Source: Patescibacteria group bacterium
GTDB lineage: Bacteria > Patescibacteriota > Patescibacteriia > UBA10025 > JAHIVO01
Direction of reading: 5' to 3'
DNA: 64,000 bases
Assembly (NCBI GenBank): GCA_028718605.1
Contig: JAQULM010000003.1
Coordinates: forward strand, 16,971-80,970
How positions within the stretch are numbered: position 1 is the stretch's first letter; each line of letters opens with the position of its first letter. The notes beneath the pieces were generated by a model, which made no database searches, had not been told where the DNA came from, and saw only the letters and a list, made by a program, of their open reading frames with translations. Shown piece after piece: positions 29,628 to 38,482 of the stretch. The position numbers and the translations under genes are program-made.

Positions 29628-30026
29628 TTATGAACAGGTTGTAAAAAACATCGATGAAATCGTCTGGACAATGAGCAACCCGATAACCTGGCTTGAAACC
29701 ATCGCGATGTACTTCGCGTACCCGACGACCTGTTTCCCGTCTTTTGTCTTATTCTTCGCCCGCAGCTGCAGCACGCTGACGAAAAAGGTGATGCTCATGA
29801 CCATCAGTATGAGAAAAATCGCGCCGTAGAGAATGTTGTACCCTTCGTTCCTGTTCGCCTCAGGAGATGAACCGTCGTTAACGATGCACGGGTCGTAGAT
29901 GAACCAGTAGTCGATTGCCGCAAACACGGTCAGGATCCAGCCGGCGATGAAAAAAATGTTCAAGAACGTGGCGAGCCTGGGGAATGCGTCCTTGAATGGC
30001 ATTGTTGGTTGTGTTGATTGGTCCAT
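29628..30026 (-). CDS. small membrane protein
   Basis: 132 aa with 3-4 TM helices. Confidence 0.4.
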   Translation of the reverse strand: MDQSTQPTMPFKDAFPRLATFLNIFFIAGWILTVFAAIDYWFIYDPCIVNDGSSPEANRNEGYNILYGAIFLILMVMSITFFVSVLQLRAKNKTKDGKQVVGYAKYIAMVSSQVIGLLIVQTISSMFFTTCS

Positions 30027-30050
30027 ACGTGCACTATTTCTAATGGTTAT

Positions 30051-30623
30051 TTATGCGTATTTTGCGCGCATCTCCTTGAGCCACTCATGGTAGGCTTCGT
30101 GTTTGACTTCGCCAATCACGTCATGTTCGATCTTTTTAAATTCTTCCCAGAGCTTTTCTGCTTCAGGGGAGGCAAATTCCTTTTCCATGGCCGGAAACAG
30201 GCGCTCTGCCTCGGTCCTGATGTGTTTTTGCAAAAGATCGGCATACCCCGTGAGGCAGCGGCTAACATGGATCGCGTGCGGGTTGCCGGCGCTGTACTGA
30301 GGAAGTGAATCAGCGATGCCCCTGATGAAATCACGGCCGGCGATGTGCTCGCCGAGCAGTTCATTGACGAGGCCGGCGTACTCCTTTGATTTTTTTATTA
30401 ATTGGGGGAACACCTGGTCTTCTTCCTTGGCATGGTGGCACTTGTCTGCAAACGTCCGGACGAAATCAACGATGGCTTCCAGGTCTTTCTTGTTTACATC
30501 GTTACCTTCATCGAGCTGTTTCGCTAGTGCCCTGGCAATGATGAGAAATACAAGAATCGCGCCATGTTCGTTGCCGAGGTCTTTCGTTGGTTTGGTCATA
30601 CTGTCCCCCTCGTGATTATACAT
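30051..30623 (-). CDS. hemerythrin-like (HHE cation-binding) domain protein
   Basis: Repeated H..E / HxxxE spacing (NEHGAI, KCHHAKEED, HIRTEAERLF, EHDVIGEVKHEAYHEWL). Confidence 0.45.
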   Translation of the reverse strand: MYNHEGDSMTKPTKDLGNEHGAILVFLIIARALAKQLDEGNDVNKKDLEAIVDFVRTFADKCHHAKEEDQVFPQLIKKSKEYAGLVNELLGEHIAGRDFIRGIADSLPQYSAGNPHAIHVSRCLTGYADLLQKHIRTEAERLFPAMEKEFASPEAEKLWEEFKKIEHDVIGEVKHEAYHEWLKEMRAKYA

Positions 30624-30710
30624 ACAGTTTCCCTCTTTTACGTAAAAAAATCAATGCCAAAAGCAAAAGGCCGGAATAAACTCCGACCTTTGGTAATAGG
30701 CAAATGGAAT

Positions 30711-30914
30711 TCAGTACTTTTTGAATTGGTCCGCACCTGGAAATGGCTCACGATGGACAATCGGCCCTCCTTGCATCGGCCATCCGTCCTTCGGGCACGT
30801 CCGTTTACACACCGGGATGTCTGCCCCCAGAGAATCCCCATGGTAATGCCCGGTCTGTACTTCGTTGCATCCAGGTTTGGTACACGTCCACTGCCAATTG
30901 GGAGTCGGATACAA
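30711..30914 (-). CDS. small Cys-rich (zinc-ribbon-like) protein
   Basis: 67 aa. TTG start 8 nt downstream of GGAGG. CTKPGC...CKRTC cysteine pairs. Confidence 0.35.
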   Translation of the reverse strand: MYPTPNWQWTCTKPGCNEVQTGHYHGDSLGADIPVCKRTCPKDGWPMQGGPIVHREPFPGADQFKKY

Positions 30915-30977
30915 TATATACTCCTTCCGAAAAGGTTCTGTTTGCTATTTCTATTCTTGCCCTTTTTGCGAATAAAG

Positions 30978-31568
30978 TCAAAAAAGGCGGATGATGGCGT
31001 GCCGGTTGAAACGGCGGTACGGATGATGCCGGAATCGAGCGGGCAAGCCTGCTTTCCCGGGGTTATGTCCCATGTAGGCAATGACGGTGTGCAGGTATTT
31101 TCTGTTGCTAACAATGCGGGTGTAAAAGCGTTTTTGGAATACGGGATAATTCATATCGTACGAATCACGAATCGCATCGCAATAATACGATTTGATGCCG
31201 TGCATTACATCGGATATTGTATACCCCCGAGCGCGGGCCGCCGTGCCCGCGCTCCCATTTTTTAGGCGCACCGCACCCACAGCGGGGTGCGGTGGGAGGA
31301 TATTATATAGTAATAGATGAATATGGTCGGGCATTATTTGAAATGCTAGAACTTCGAATTGCTTCATATCGCACGTTTTGAATATCACCCGACACATCAA
31401 CCCCGCCAGTTCCCCATCCTCAAACATCGGAATCCCCTCCCGCGTGCGAAACGCGGTGAAATATGGATATCCATCTTGGTACACGCGCCGTTGCGTCATA
31501 CATAAATACCTTCCGTTTGTGGGGGAAGGCCTGTGCCTGCATCGTACCACGATTCTGGAAAATATCAA
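30978..31568 (-). CDS. tnpA: IS200/IS605-family Y1 (HUH) transposase, RAYT-like, containing in-frame REP-like palindromes
   Basis: FEVLAFQIMPDHIHLLL (HUH motif) and VFQKRFYTRIVSN..YLHTVIAYMGHNPGKAGL (catalytic Tyr region). A ~35-aa insert between these blocks is encoded by two GC-rich palindromes. Confidence 0.6.
   Translation of the reverse strand: MIFSRIVVRCRHRPSPTNGRYLCMTQRRVYQDGYPYFTAFRTREGIPMFEDGELAGLMCRVIFKTCDMKQFEVLAFQIMPDHIHLLLYNILPPHPAVGAVRLKNGSAGTAARARGYTISDVMHGIKSYYCDAIRDSYDMNYPVFQKRFYTRIVSNRKYLHTVIAYMGHNPGKAGLPARFRHHPYRRFNRHAIIRLF
31221..31295. repeat. REP-like palindromes (gagcgcgggc..gcccgcgctc and caccgcaccc..ggggtgcggtg) inside the transposase ORF
   Basis: atacccccgagcgcgggccgccgtgcccgcgctcccatttt is near-identical in its arms and flanks to 32179..32220. 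Confidence 0.65.
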
Positions 31569-32122
31569 TCCCCTGTCCTCGCTAAAATCTCCTTAATCTC
31601 CTCCGCCCCGTATCCTTTCTGTGCAAGAAACGCGTACAGCTTCCTTTTCACGGTATACTGTTCTTTTGCCCCAGGATGTTTTTCTTTGAGGCGTTCGTGC
31701 TTGCGCTGCGTCTCGCGGATTATTGCCGTGTAATCTTGCTTTGTCCCAGACTGTTTCCATTCACCCAACACTTTTTCAATAAGAGGGCGCGGAATAAGCC
31801 GGCGATGCATTTTTTGGCGTATGCGGTACAGCCCGTCTTTCCTGTCCTGGAGCTGGCGCAGCACGTCGCGGCAGTATTTCTCGTCATCGACTAAACCGAC
31901 AGCCGCAAGCTCATCAAGCACTTTCTGGACATGTTCGGGGGTATAAAAAAGATACCGCGCGGTCGATGGGTAGTTGCGTTTGAGGCTGGTCACTTTTTGC
32001 AGCAGCTTCTTTTCCGAAAATCCCTGGCGCGACAGGTAGTCCAGGATCTTGTCCTTGATGTGTTGGTAATCGTCGGGGGTGGGAGCGCTCATAGAATCAC
32101 AAACGGAAAAAGTTAACGGCAA
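31565..32122 (-). CDS. recX: recombination regulator RecX
   Basis: 185 aa, three-repeat helical RecX fold (KYCRDVLRQL.., AIIRETQRK.., KRKLYAFLAQKGYGAEEIKEIL). Confidence 0.75.
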   Translation of the reverse strand: MPLTFSVCDSMSAPTPDDYQHIKDKILDYLSRQGFSEKKLLQKVTSLKRNYPSTARYLFYTPEHVQKVLDELAAVGLVDDEKYCRDVLRQLQDRKDGLYRIRQKMHRRLIPRPLIEKVLGEWKQSGTKQDYTAIIRETQRKHERLKEKHPGAKEQYTVKRKLYAFLAQKGYGAEEIKEILARTGD

Positions 32123-32178
32123 AACGTTATATAGTAAGTGTACGCTGGTCTAGAAGCCAGGACAAGGAATGGATTTTT

Positions 32179-32220
32179 ATACCTCCGAGCGCAGGCGTCT
32201 CTGCCTGCGCTCCCCATTTT
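32179..32220. repeat. REP-like palindrome, second copy
   Basis: atacctccgagcgcaggcgtctctgcctgcgctccccatttt. Confidence 0.65.
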
Positions 32221-32297
32221 GGAGCTGAGCTTTGGTACTTTCTGTCGACAGTGAGTACAAGAAGAATATCCGAAATAGGAAACATCCCCCCCTTGCC

Positions 32298-32473
32298 TAC
32301 CCTTCAATCATCCGGCTCAGCTTGTACCCGACCCAAATGCCGAAGAACCCGCCAACGGCGCCGCCGATGATCGATTGGAAGCCTTAACTGCTGGCACCCC
32401 AGAGGGTCGGGAGGTACCCGCCAAGCGCTCCTCCGATAAAAACAAATATGTAAATAAATGCTTTGCTGCCCAT
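32298..32473 (-). pseudogene. GlsB/YeaQ/YmgE-family small membrane protein with in-frame TAA
   Basis: MGSKAFIYIFVFIGGALGGYLPTLWGASS*GFQSIIGGAVGGFFGIWVGYKLSRMIEG. The TAA at 32385..32387 interrupts an otherwise typical 58-aa Gly-rich two-helix protein. Confidence 0.45.
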
Positions 32474-32512
32474 TTGCCTCCTGCCGTTTTTTTTATAACT
32501 AAATGCGATGCG

Positions 32513-33658
32513 CTACTTCCCGAAATTCACCCCGCCGCGGAAACCAACCGGAAACACCCAGAACCAGTCTTTGAGCACCCCGGTGTCGGTGTCGTAGTCA
32601 TACACCCGGAGATTCGGGCCGCCGTGGGATGCCGGGGAGGTCATGACCTCGTCAAACCCGTCAGCGTCGACGTCGTTCACGAACAGGTTAACGCCACCCA
32701 TGAAATGGGCGTCGTACGCCATGAATGAATCAACTTCTTCGAAATCGCCCCCCTGGTACCGCAACACCTTCACTGTGGAATCGCCAAGCGTCTTGGGGGC
32801 AAGCACCACCTCATTGGAGCCGTCACCGTCCGTATCCCCCACCTGCATGGACAGGGTGCCGCGATAGGAGCTGTCGTACGCCATGAGCCAGTCGAGGAGC
32901 TCCAGCTCGTCACTGCCATTCAGTGTGTAAATGCGGATGTTCGGGCCGCCGTTCAGGAAGGGCGCGACGATGATGTCGTCGTTCCCGTCAGAATCCACAT
33001 CCCCGGTAGCCACCTGCACACCGCCAAAGAAGGTGTCTTGGTACGCGGTAACGCTATCGACTAAATCAAACTCCTGGTCTGCGGCGCTATAGCGGAATAC
33101 CTTTACAATGGGCGCCATCGCGCCGCGCGGGGTTACGATGAGCTCGTCAACACCGTCGGAATCCAGGTCACCCGATGCCAGGTTGACCCCGCCGCGGAAC
33201 TCCTCGCTGTAGCCAAAAAACCAGTCCATGAGCTCAAATTCCTCTTCAGCGACATTGTACGTATAGATGCGGATGTTCGGGCCGCCGGCGCCGATCGGCG
33301 TCACGGCAATGTCTTCCTTGTGGTCGCCGTCAAAGTCGCCCGTGGCAAGGTTGACGCCGCCGGTAAATCCCTCGTTGAACGCGAGGGTATTCGCCATTTC
33401 CGTGCCATCGAGCTCAAACGCCTTGATGCGGGACTCAACCCCGGCGCCGGGGGTGATAACAATTTCATTCACGCTGTCTGCGTCAATATCTGCCTGCGCA
33501 ACTTCGAGGCCCATGCGCAAACTCTGGTCGTAGGCGAAGAACGACTCGATCTGGGTGCCGTCATCCTCGACGATGCGCACGTTGGGGCCGCCTGCTGAGG
33601 CGGGGGTAACGACGATGCCGAGGGATGGGATCGCGTCTGAAGTCATAAAGGTCCATGA
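32513..33658. repeat. ~1.14-kb near-identical direct repeat, copy B (3' part of paralog 3)
   Basis: See copy A at 4819..5963. Identity ends at ...aaggtccatg, after which the two sequences diverge. Confidence 0.85.
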
Positions 33659-35071
33659 AAGTGAACTCTGGTTGGCCCCTGAATCGCTGACAGTAGCGGT
33701 AATCGAAACCAACTGGCCGTAATAGAAATCAGCCCCTGGTTGGATGGTTATTTCGTATGACCACGTTTCGTTCTGTGTAATCGTCCCGGAAAAATCTTCC
33801 GTTAATTCACCGTCGACGATTGCATACACGCCATCGACGAGCACATCCAAACTCGCGCTGTCAACGTCGAGGACTGCGTCAGTAATTGAAAATGTAATAT
33901 CAGTGCCCCGCGCTACGCCCCGAGCGGCATTTGCCGGAACAAGGTCGCTGACTACCGGGCCGGTACTGTCCTCGAGTTCTCCTTTCCACATTTGCGTCCC
34001 ATCGGAGTCGCTGTTCGTTCCAGCGTACAATATGTTATCGTACGCCGATAAAAGCGAGGTACTGTACCCATCGGTGCCGCCAAAACCATCCTCGTTTACC
34101 TGTGCCCATGAAGAACCGTCATATGACCACATCTCAGTGCCGGTCACCGCGTTCGTTGTGCCGGCGTATAAATGATGGGTAAGCGTCTCGAGGGAATACA
34201 CACCGGTATTGTGGTCATCATCAAACCCCGCATGCGATACGCGGGTGAATTCCGCACCGTCATACTTCCACACTTCTCCGCCGTTGGTCGGGTTCTCCGT
34301 GCTGATGTACAGCGATCCGCCGAACTCCTGCAAATCCATGAAACCTTCATTGGTTGCGTCACCAAAGCCGTCGGTTCCCACCATGGACCAGTCCGACCCA
34401 TCATACTTCCACAGCTCGGCGGGCTGGGTATCTTTATACGTGCCAACATAGAGTTCCCCCTGATACTCTTCCGAGGCCATACAATACGTATTCGAGTGAT
34501 CCCCGAAACCATCGGTATTAACTTGCGTCCAAGAATCGCCATCGTATTCCCAGAATTCGCAGCCAGTAGAAAAATTGCCGGTCGCGGCGTAGAGTTTATC
34601 GTTAAAAACCGTTACATCCATCACGATATAGTTTTCCGCATCGCCAAAACCGTCCGTATTGGCCTGGGACCACGTAGTGCCATCGTACGCCCAAACCTCG
34701 GCCCCAGTAATGAGGCGCTGGGTTGCGACGTACAGCTTGCCGTCATATACGGCAAGTCCGGGGCCCTCAACATTCATTGCATCGCCAAATCCATCGGTAT
34801 TGACCTGGGTCCACGTTGATCCATCAAGCCGCAGCACCCGAGTGCCGTCATTCCAGTTGGAAGTAGCAGTATAGAAATGGCCCTCGTATTCAGCAAGCGA
34901 GTATACAATAAGATTACCGGCATCGCCGAGGCCGGTCGTGCTTGACTGCGCCCACGTTATATCCTGGGCGTGTGCAATATTCGGAATGAGCACGCACGCA
35001 AACATACCACCCACGATCAAACGCAGAGCAACTGCAATGCCTGCATGGTGTTGAGCATGTAATTGTCCCAT
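32513..35071 (-). CDS. large secreted two-propeller protein, paralog 3
   Basis: 852 aa. The N-terminal repeat region is diverged from paralog 1. The C-terminal ~380 aa are identical to paralog 1 except for 1 residue. Confidence 0.8.
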   Translation of the reverse strand: MGQLHAQHHAGIAVALRLIVGGMFACVLIPNIAHAQDITWAQSSTTGLGDAGNLIVYSLAEYEGHFYTATSNWNDGTRVLRLDGSTWTQVNTDGFGDAMNVEGPGLAVYDGKLYVATQRLITGAEVWAYDGTTWSQANTDGFGDAENYIVMDVTVFNDKLYAATGNFSTGCEFWEYDGDSWTQVNTDGFGDHSNTYCMASEEYQGELYVGTYKDTQPAELWKYDGSDWSMVGTDGFGDATNEGFMDLQEFGGSLYISTENPTNGGEVWKYDGAEFTRVSHAGFDDDHNTGVYSLETLTHHLYAGTTNAVTGTEMWSYDGSSWAQVNEDGFGGTDGYSTSLLSAYDNILYAGTNSDSDGTQMWKGELEDSTGPVVSDLVPANAARGVARGTDITFSITDAVLDVDSASLDVLVDGVYAIVDGELTEDFSGTITQNETWSYEITIQPGADFYYGQLVSITATVSDSGANQSSLSWTFMTSDAIPSLGIVVTPASAGGPNVRIVEDDGTQIESFFAYDQSLRMGLEVAQADIDADSVNEIVITPGAGVESRIKAFELDGTEMANTLAFNEGFTGGVNLATGDFDGDHKEDIAVTPIGAGGPNIRIYTYNVAEEEFELMDWFFGYSEEFRGGVNLASGDLDSDGVDELIVTPRGAMAPIVKVFRYSAADQEFDLVDSVTAYQDTFFGGVQVATGDVDSDGNDDIIVAPFLNGGPNIRIYTLNGSDELELLDWLMAYDSSYRGTLSMQVGDTDGDGSNEVVLAPKTLGDSTVKVLRYQGGDFEEVDSFMAYDAHFMGGVNLFVNDVDADGFDEVMTSPASHGGPNLRVYDYDTDTGVLKDWFWVFPVGFRGGVNFGK

Positions 35072-35182
35072 AGGATGTCCCTCTCAATAATTAATTACAA
35101 TTATAAATATTTATTCATAGCGACACGTACGGTAGTGTACGTATGCACAGTTATGGTATATGTTCTTATGAAAAAACAATTC

Positions 35183-35917
35183 TTACTGACGCTCGCGGAA
35201 TGTGAACGAGCCGAGCACCGTGAGCCCAATCCCAAACAGTGCGAGATACCCGACGTTCTGCCAGTACGTGATGGCATCGAATCCGTATCTAACAGACGCT
35301 TCTGCGGCGAGGATCGCGTACCGGATAGGAAACGCATGCCCGAGGATCTCGGCCCAGCGCGGCAGCAGCGAGGTGTCGGCGAGCAGTCCGGATAGAAACG
35401 CAGGGAGCACGATTAAAAGCGGGATGAATGGGAATACCTGCGCTTCCCGGCGGGCAAACGTCGAGATGAATATGCCCAAGAGCACTGATACCACAGCCAG
35501 GAGAAATAATAGCCCGCCCAGCGCCAGAATTGCCTGCCAGTCGTAATCAAGCTTAAAGAGCCAAACGATCTCGGCAAGCACAAACGTTGCCTGAACGAGC
35601 GCGAGGGCGAGGTACCCGACGACGTATCCGATGATGATGTCAGTCTTATGGAGGCCATTGATCAGCATGCGGTTCAGGGTGCCGGTGGTGCGCTCCTGCA
35701 CAAGCAGGATCGCGCTCAGGAGAAAAGTCAGGAAATACACGATGTACGGCGTAAACGGCACGACAAACGCCTCACGCGACACAGCCGGCGGCAGGGTGTC
35801 AAAAAATAACTTCAGGAAGTAGCCCACGAGCAGCGGTACGATAATCATGAGCGCGAGGAACCGTTTATCGCGCCGGAGCTGCTGGAGCACGCGCAGGGCA
35901 ATAATCAGTATGTTCAT
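35183..35917 (-). CDS. ABC-2 type transporter permease
   Basis: 244 aa, 6 TM helices. Overlaps the upstream ATPase gene by 4 nt. Confidence 0.7.
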   Translation of the reverse strand: MNILIIALRVLQQLRRDKRFLALMIIVPLLVGYFLKLFFDTLPPAVSREAFVVPFTPYIVYFLTFLLSAILLVQERTTGTLNRMLINGLHKTDIIIGYVVGYLALALVQATFVLAEIVWLFKLDYDWQAILALGGLLFLLAVVSVLLGIFISTFARREAQVFPFIPLLIVLPAFLSGLLADTSLLPRWAEILGHAFPIRYAILAAEASVRYGFDAITYWQNVGYLALFGIGLTVLGSFTFRERQ

Positions 35918-36771
35918 AGTTTTGCCTTTCCTTGTTTCTCAAGTTTTGCAACCATGACATCTTCGAGGTTTTCAGCCTCAATCTCCACGCTCGCAATATC
36001 GTTCGATAATCCGTGGTGCTGGAGCGCTGCTGCAACCGCGGCCCCGTCAGCGGGAACAGTTTCTGACCATTCCCCCCTCTGCCCGCGGTATCGGAGCGTT
36101 GCGGTGCCGCTGGCAACGAGCGAGCGGGGCGTGTCATATGCCATGACCCGGCCATGCCGGAGCAGGATGACTGAATCGCACAGCATCGCCTCATCGATAA
36201 GGTGCGTGCTGACGAGCAGTGTCTTTCCCGCTTGCGCCAGCTGCTTGAACCACGACCAGAGGTGCCGTTTCAGGAGCGGGTCCAGTGCGGCTGTCGGCTC
36301 ATCGAGAATAAGCAATTCAGGATTGTGGACCAGCGCGCATGCCAGTGACACGCGCTTCTGCATGCCGCCGGAGAGCGTATGGACGGAACTGCCGAGCCGG
36401 TCACCAAGGTCCAATTCATTGAGCAATGTATCGGCACGCTTGCGCACTTCCGTGGAACGGTGGACGCGGGCGTAAAATACGACATTTTCCCTGGCAGACA
36501 GGTCAGTATAGAGCGCCGGTTCTTGCGGCATATACCCGATTTTCTTGCGAAGCGCCCAGCGTTGTTTGATCGGGTCCATCCCAAGCACGCGCACCGACCC
36601 ACCCGTCGGCCGGAGTGCGCCGACGAGCGCCTTGATAAACGTCGTTTTTCCCGCGCCGTTCGGGCCGACCAGTCCGGTGATATGGCCAACGGGGATATCC
36701 AAGCTCACATCCTGCAGCGCGTGGACTGGACCATAGTCTTTTGAAAGGTTTTGTACGGAAATTGCGTTCAT
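35914..36771 (-). CDS. ABC transporter ATP-binding protein
   Basis: Walker A GPNGAGKTT, signature LSGGMQKR, Walker B LILDEPT. Confidence 0.85.
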   Translation of the reverse strand: MNAISVQNLSKDYGPVHALQDVSLDIPVGHITGLVGPNGAGKTTFIKALVGALRPTGGSVRVLGMDPIKQRWALRKKIGYMPQEPALYTDLSARENVVFYARVHRSTEVRKRADTLLNELDLGDRLGSSVHTLSGGMQKRVSLACALVHNPELLILDEPTAALDPLLKRHLWSWFKQLAQAGKTLLVSTHLIDEAMLCDSVILLRHGRVMAYDTPRSLVASGTATLRYRGQRGEWSETVPADGAAVAAALQHHGLSNDIASVEIEAENLEDVMVAKLEKQGKAKL

Positions 36772-36898
36772 CTCTGATTATCAATGAATTGTTATAGACT
36801 TATTATATCCTAAAACAAACACAATGCCAGCATAATTACGAGAGGTCGTCATCGAGGTACCATTTGTTATTAATACTATATCAACCAAACTGCTTAAG

Positions 36899-37636
36899 CT
36901 ATTCCACTTGTAACAGTAAATACTTCCGGCGCTCCGGCTCTGGGAACCGCTCGATGGCATACCGCAGCATTGTCCGCGGCATACGTAGCGCGTAGGTGCC
37001 TAAAAACTGCCGCTCGGCATCGAGTGAAACGCGCTTCCCGACCTCGCGAAGCATCCAACCGACGACCTTATGAATCAGATCGTGTTTGTCGTGAAGCAGT
37101 AATTTTGCAATTGTTAACGTATCTTTCGCCTGGCCATGCTTGATGAATTCAAACGTGGCCATCATGGCAATCCGCCGCTCCCACAGGTTGGACGAGCGCG
37201 CGAGCTTTAGTAAAATTCCACGAGGTTTATACAGTAAAAAACCGCCGACAATCTCATGTGCCGACAGATCAACTAAATCCCAATTATTAATGTAACGGGT
37301 ATGCGCTAAATAGAATGAGAAGATTTTTTCCTGCACGGCCCCATCCCCCTTCTTAAAATTGTGCACCAGAATAAGCAACGCCACGAGCCGTGCTTCGTGG
37401 TATTTTGATGAAATGAGTTTCGCAATGTCTGCGAATGGCAGCGTTTTATACTTCAGCGCGATTTGGCGTGAAACCGGCACGGTGATACCCAAAAACACAT
37501 CGCCCTCGCCGTACTCACCCGGCCCGGTTTTGAAAAAACGCTGCAGGATTTTCGCTTTTGCCAGCGAGCCGAGTGACTGCAGCTTGTTATTGAGTTGGGC
37601 AAGTTGAGACATGGGGATACTATTACTTTTTTCCAT
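36899..37636 (-). CDS. DNA alkylation repair protein (AlkD/AlkC HEAT-like repeat glycosylase family)
   Basis: KAKILQRFFKTGPGEYGEGDVFLGITVP...WDLVDLSAHEIVG... is typical of the AlkD family. Start taken at the internal Met MEKSNS. Confidence 0.65.
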   Translation of the reverse strand: MEKSNSIPMSQLAQLNNKLQSLGSLAKAKILQRFFKTGPGEYGEGDVFLGITVPVSRQIALKYKTLPFADIAKLISSKYHEARLVALLILVHNFKKGDGAVQEKIFSFYLAHTRYINNWDLVDLSAHEIVGGFLLYKPRGILLKLARSSNLWERRIAMMATFEFIKHGQAKDTLTIAKLLLHDKHDLIHKVVGWMLREVGKRVSLDAERQFLGTYALRMPRTMLRYAIERFPEPERRKYLLLQVE

Positions 37637-38438
37637 TGCAGGTTTTCGGATCAATATCACGGTACCCGGCGTATGAATCGACCCCAATCGGAAATTCCCC
37701 GATTTTATACACGCGCCGCATCCAATCGACGCGGAAGCAGGTTGCTTCGGCAATAGGCAAACCGCTACCCAAAACCATGTACGCCACATACAGATCGTTG
37801 CCGTCTTTTACCTCTTTTACCGACTTCCCGGCAAAACTTTCCTGGTTTTCAAAATTCCTGAATTCCGGATACTCGATTTCAATTTGTTTGCGCTGGTTCG
37901 TTGCCGCCGCTTGTGCGGGTTCCGGGGCTTCCGTGAACAAAGGGATGTCCGGGGGACTAAAGGTAGCGATAAAGAATACAATCATGATAATCGCCACAAC
38001 GCTCGCGCTCGCGAACCACGGGATTCTGGCTGAAGGCAGCATTGTACCAATAATAATCCGGTAGCTTACGCATTTACCGACTACAACCGCCGCGAAAAAG
38101 GACGCGATATCAACGGGGAAGAATGAATGAACCCCAAGCGCTGAAGTATACGTATAGAAAAACGAGATGATAAACAGTATGCCAAAAACCGACTCGGCAA
38201 CCTTGGCAAGCAGCAACCGATTCCGGTCCCGAACGTACCGCAACTCGACAATCGTAAAAAACAATACGGGGAAAAAAAGCAGCTTCGTGTGCTCCCACAC
38301 GCTTTCGTTTATCGCGGAAAAAAGGCCGATCACGCGCGCCTCGCCAAACCATTGGTAGGTAAAATGCAAGAGTGAACCAATGATAATCCCCCACGCGGCT
38401 CCCCAGATTTCAATTTTTTTTATTTTTTCCATACACAA
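37623..38438 (-). CDS. hypothetical membrane protein
   Basis: 271 aa, 5-6 TM helices plus a C-terminal extracytoplasmic domain. Confidence 0.45.
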   Translation of the reverse strand: MCMEKIKKIEIWGAAWGIIIGSLLHFTYQWFGEARVIGLFSAINESVWEHTKLLFFPVLFFTIVELRYVRDRNRLLLAKVAESVFGILFIISFFYTYTSALGVHSFFPVDIASFFAAVVVGKCVSYRIIIGTMLPSARIPWFASASVVAIIMIVFFIATFSPPDIPLFTEAPEPAQAAATNQRKQIEIEYPEFRNFENQESFAGKSVKEVKDGNDLYVAYMVLGSGLPIAEATCFRVDWMRRVYKIGEFPIGVDSYAGYRDIDPKTCNGKK

Positions 38439-38482
38439 GACGTGCAGTGGATGAGAAAAAAATCCCGAGAACCTACAAAAAA

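Noticed and set aside
30564-31265. 233-aa plus-strand ORF across the hemerythrin-transposase intergenic region
   Set aside because: There is no RBS, and it overlaps the minus-strand small Cys-rich gene (which has a strong RBS) and the transposase. Translation is low-complexity.
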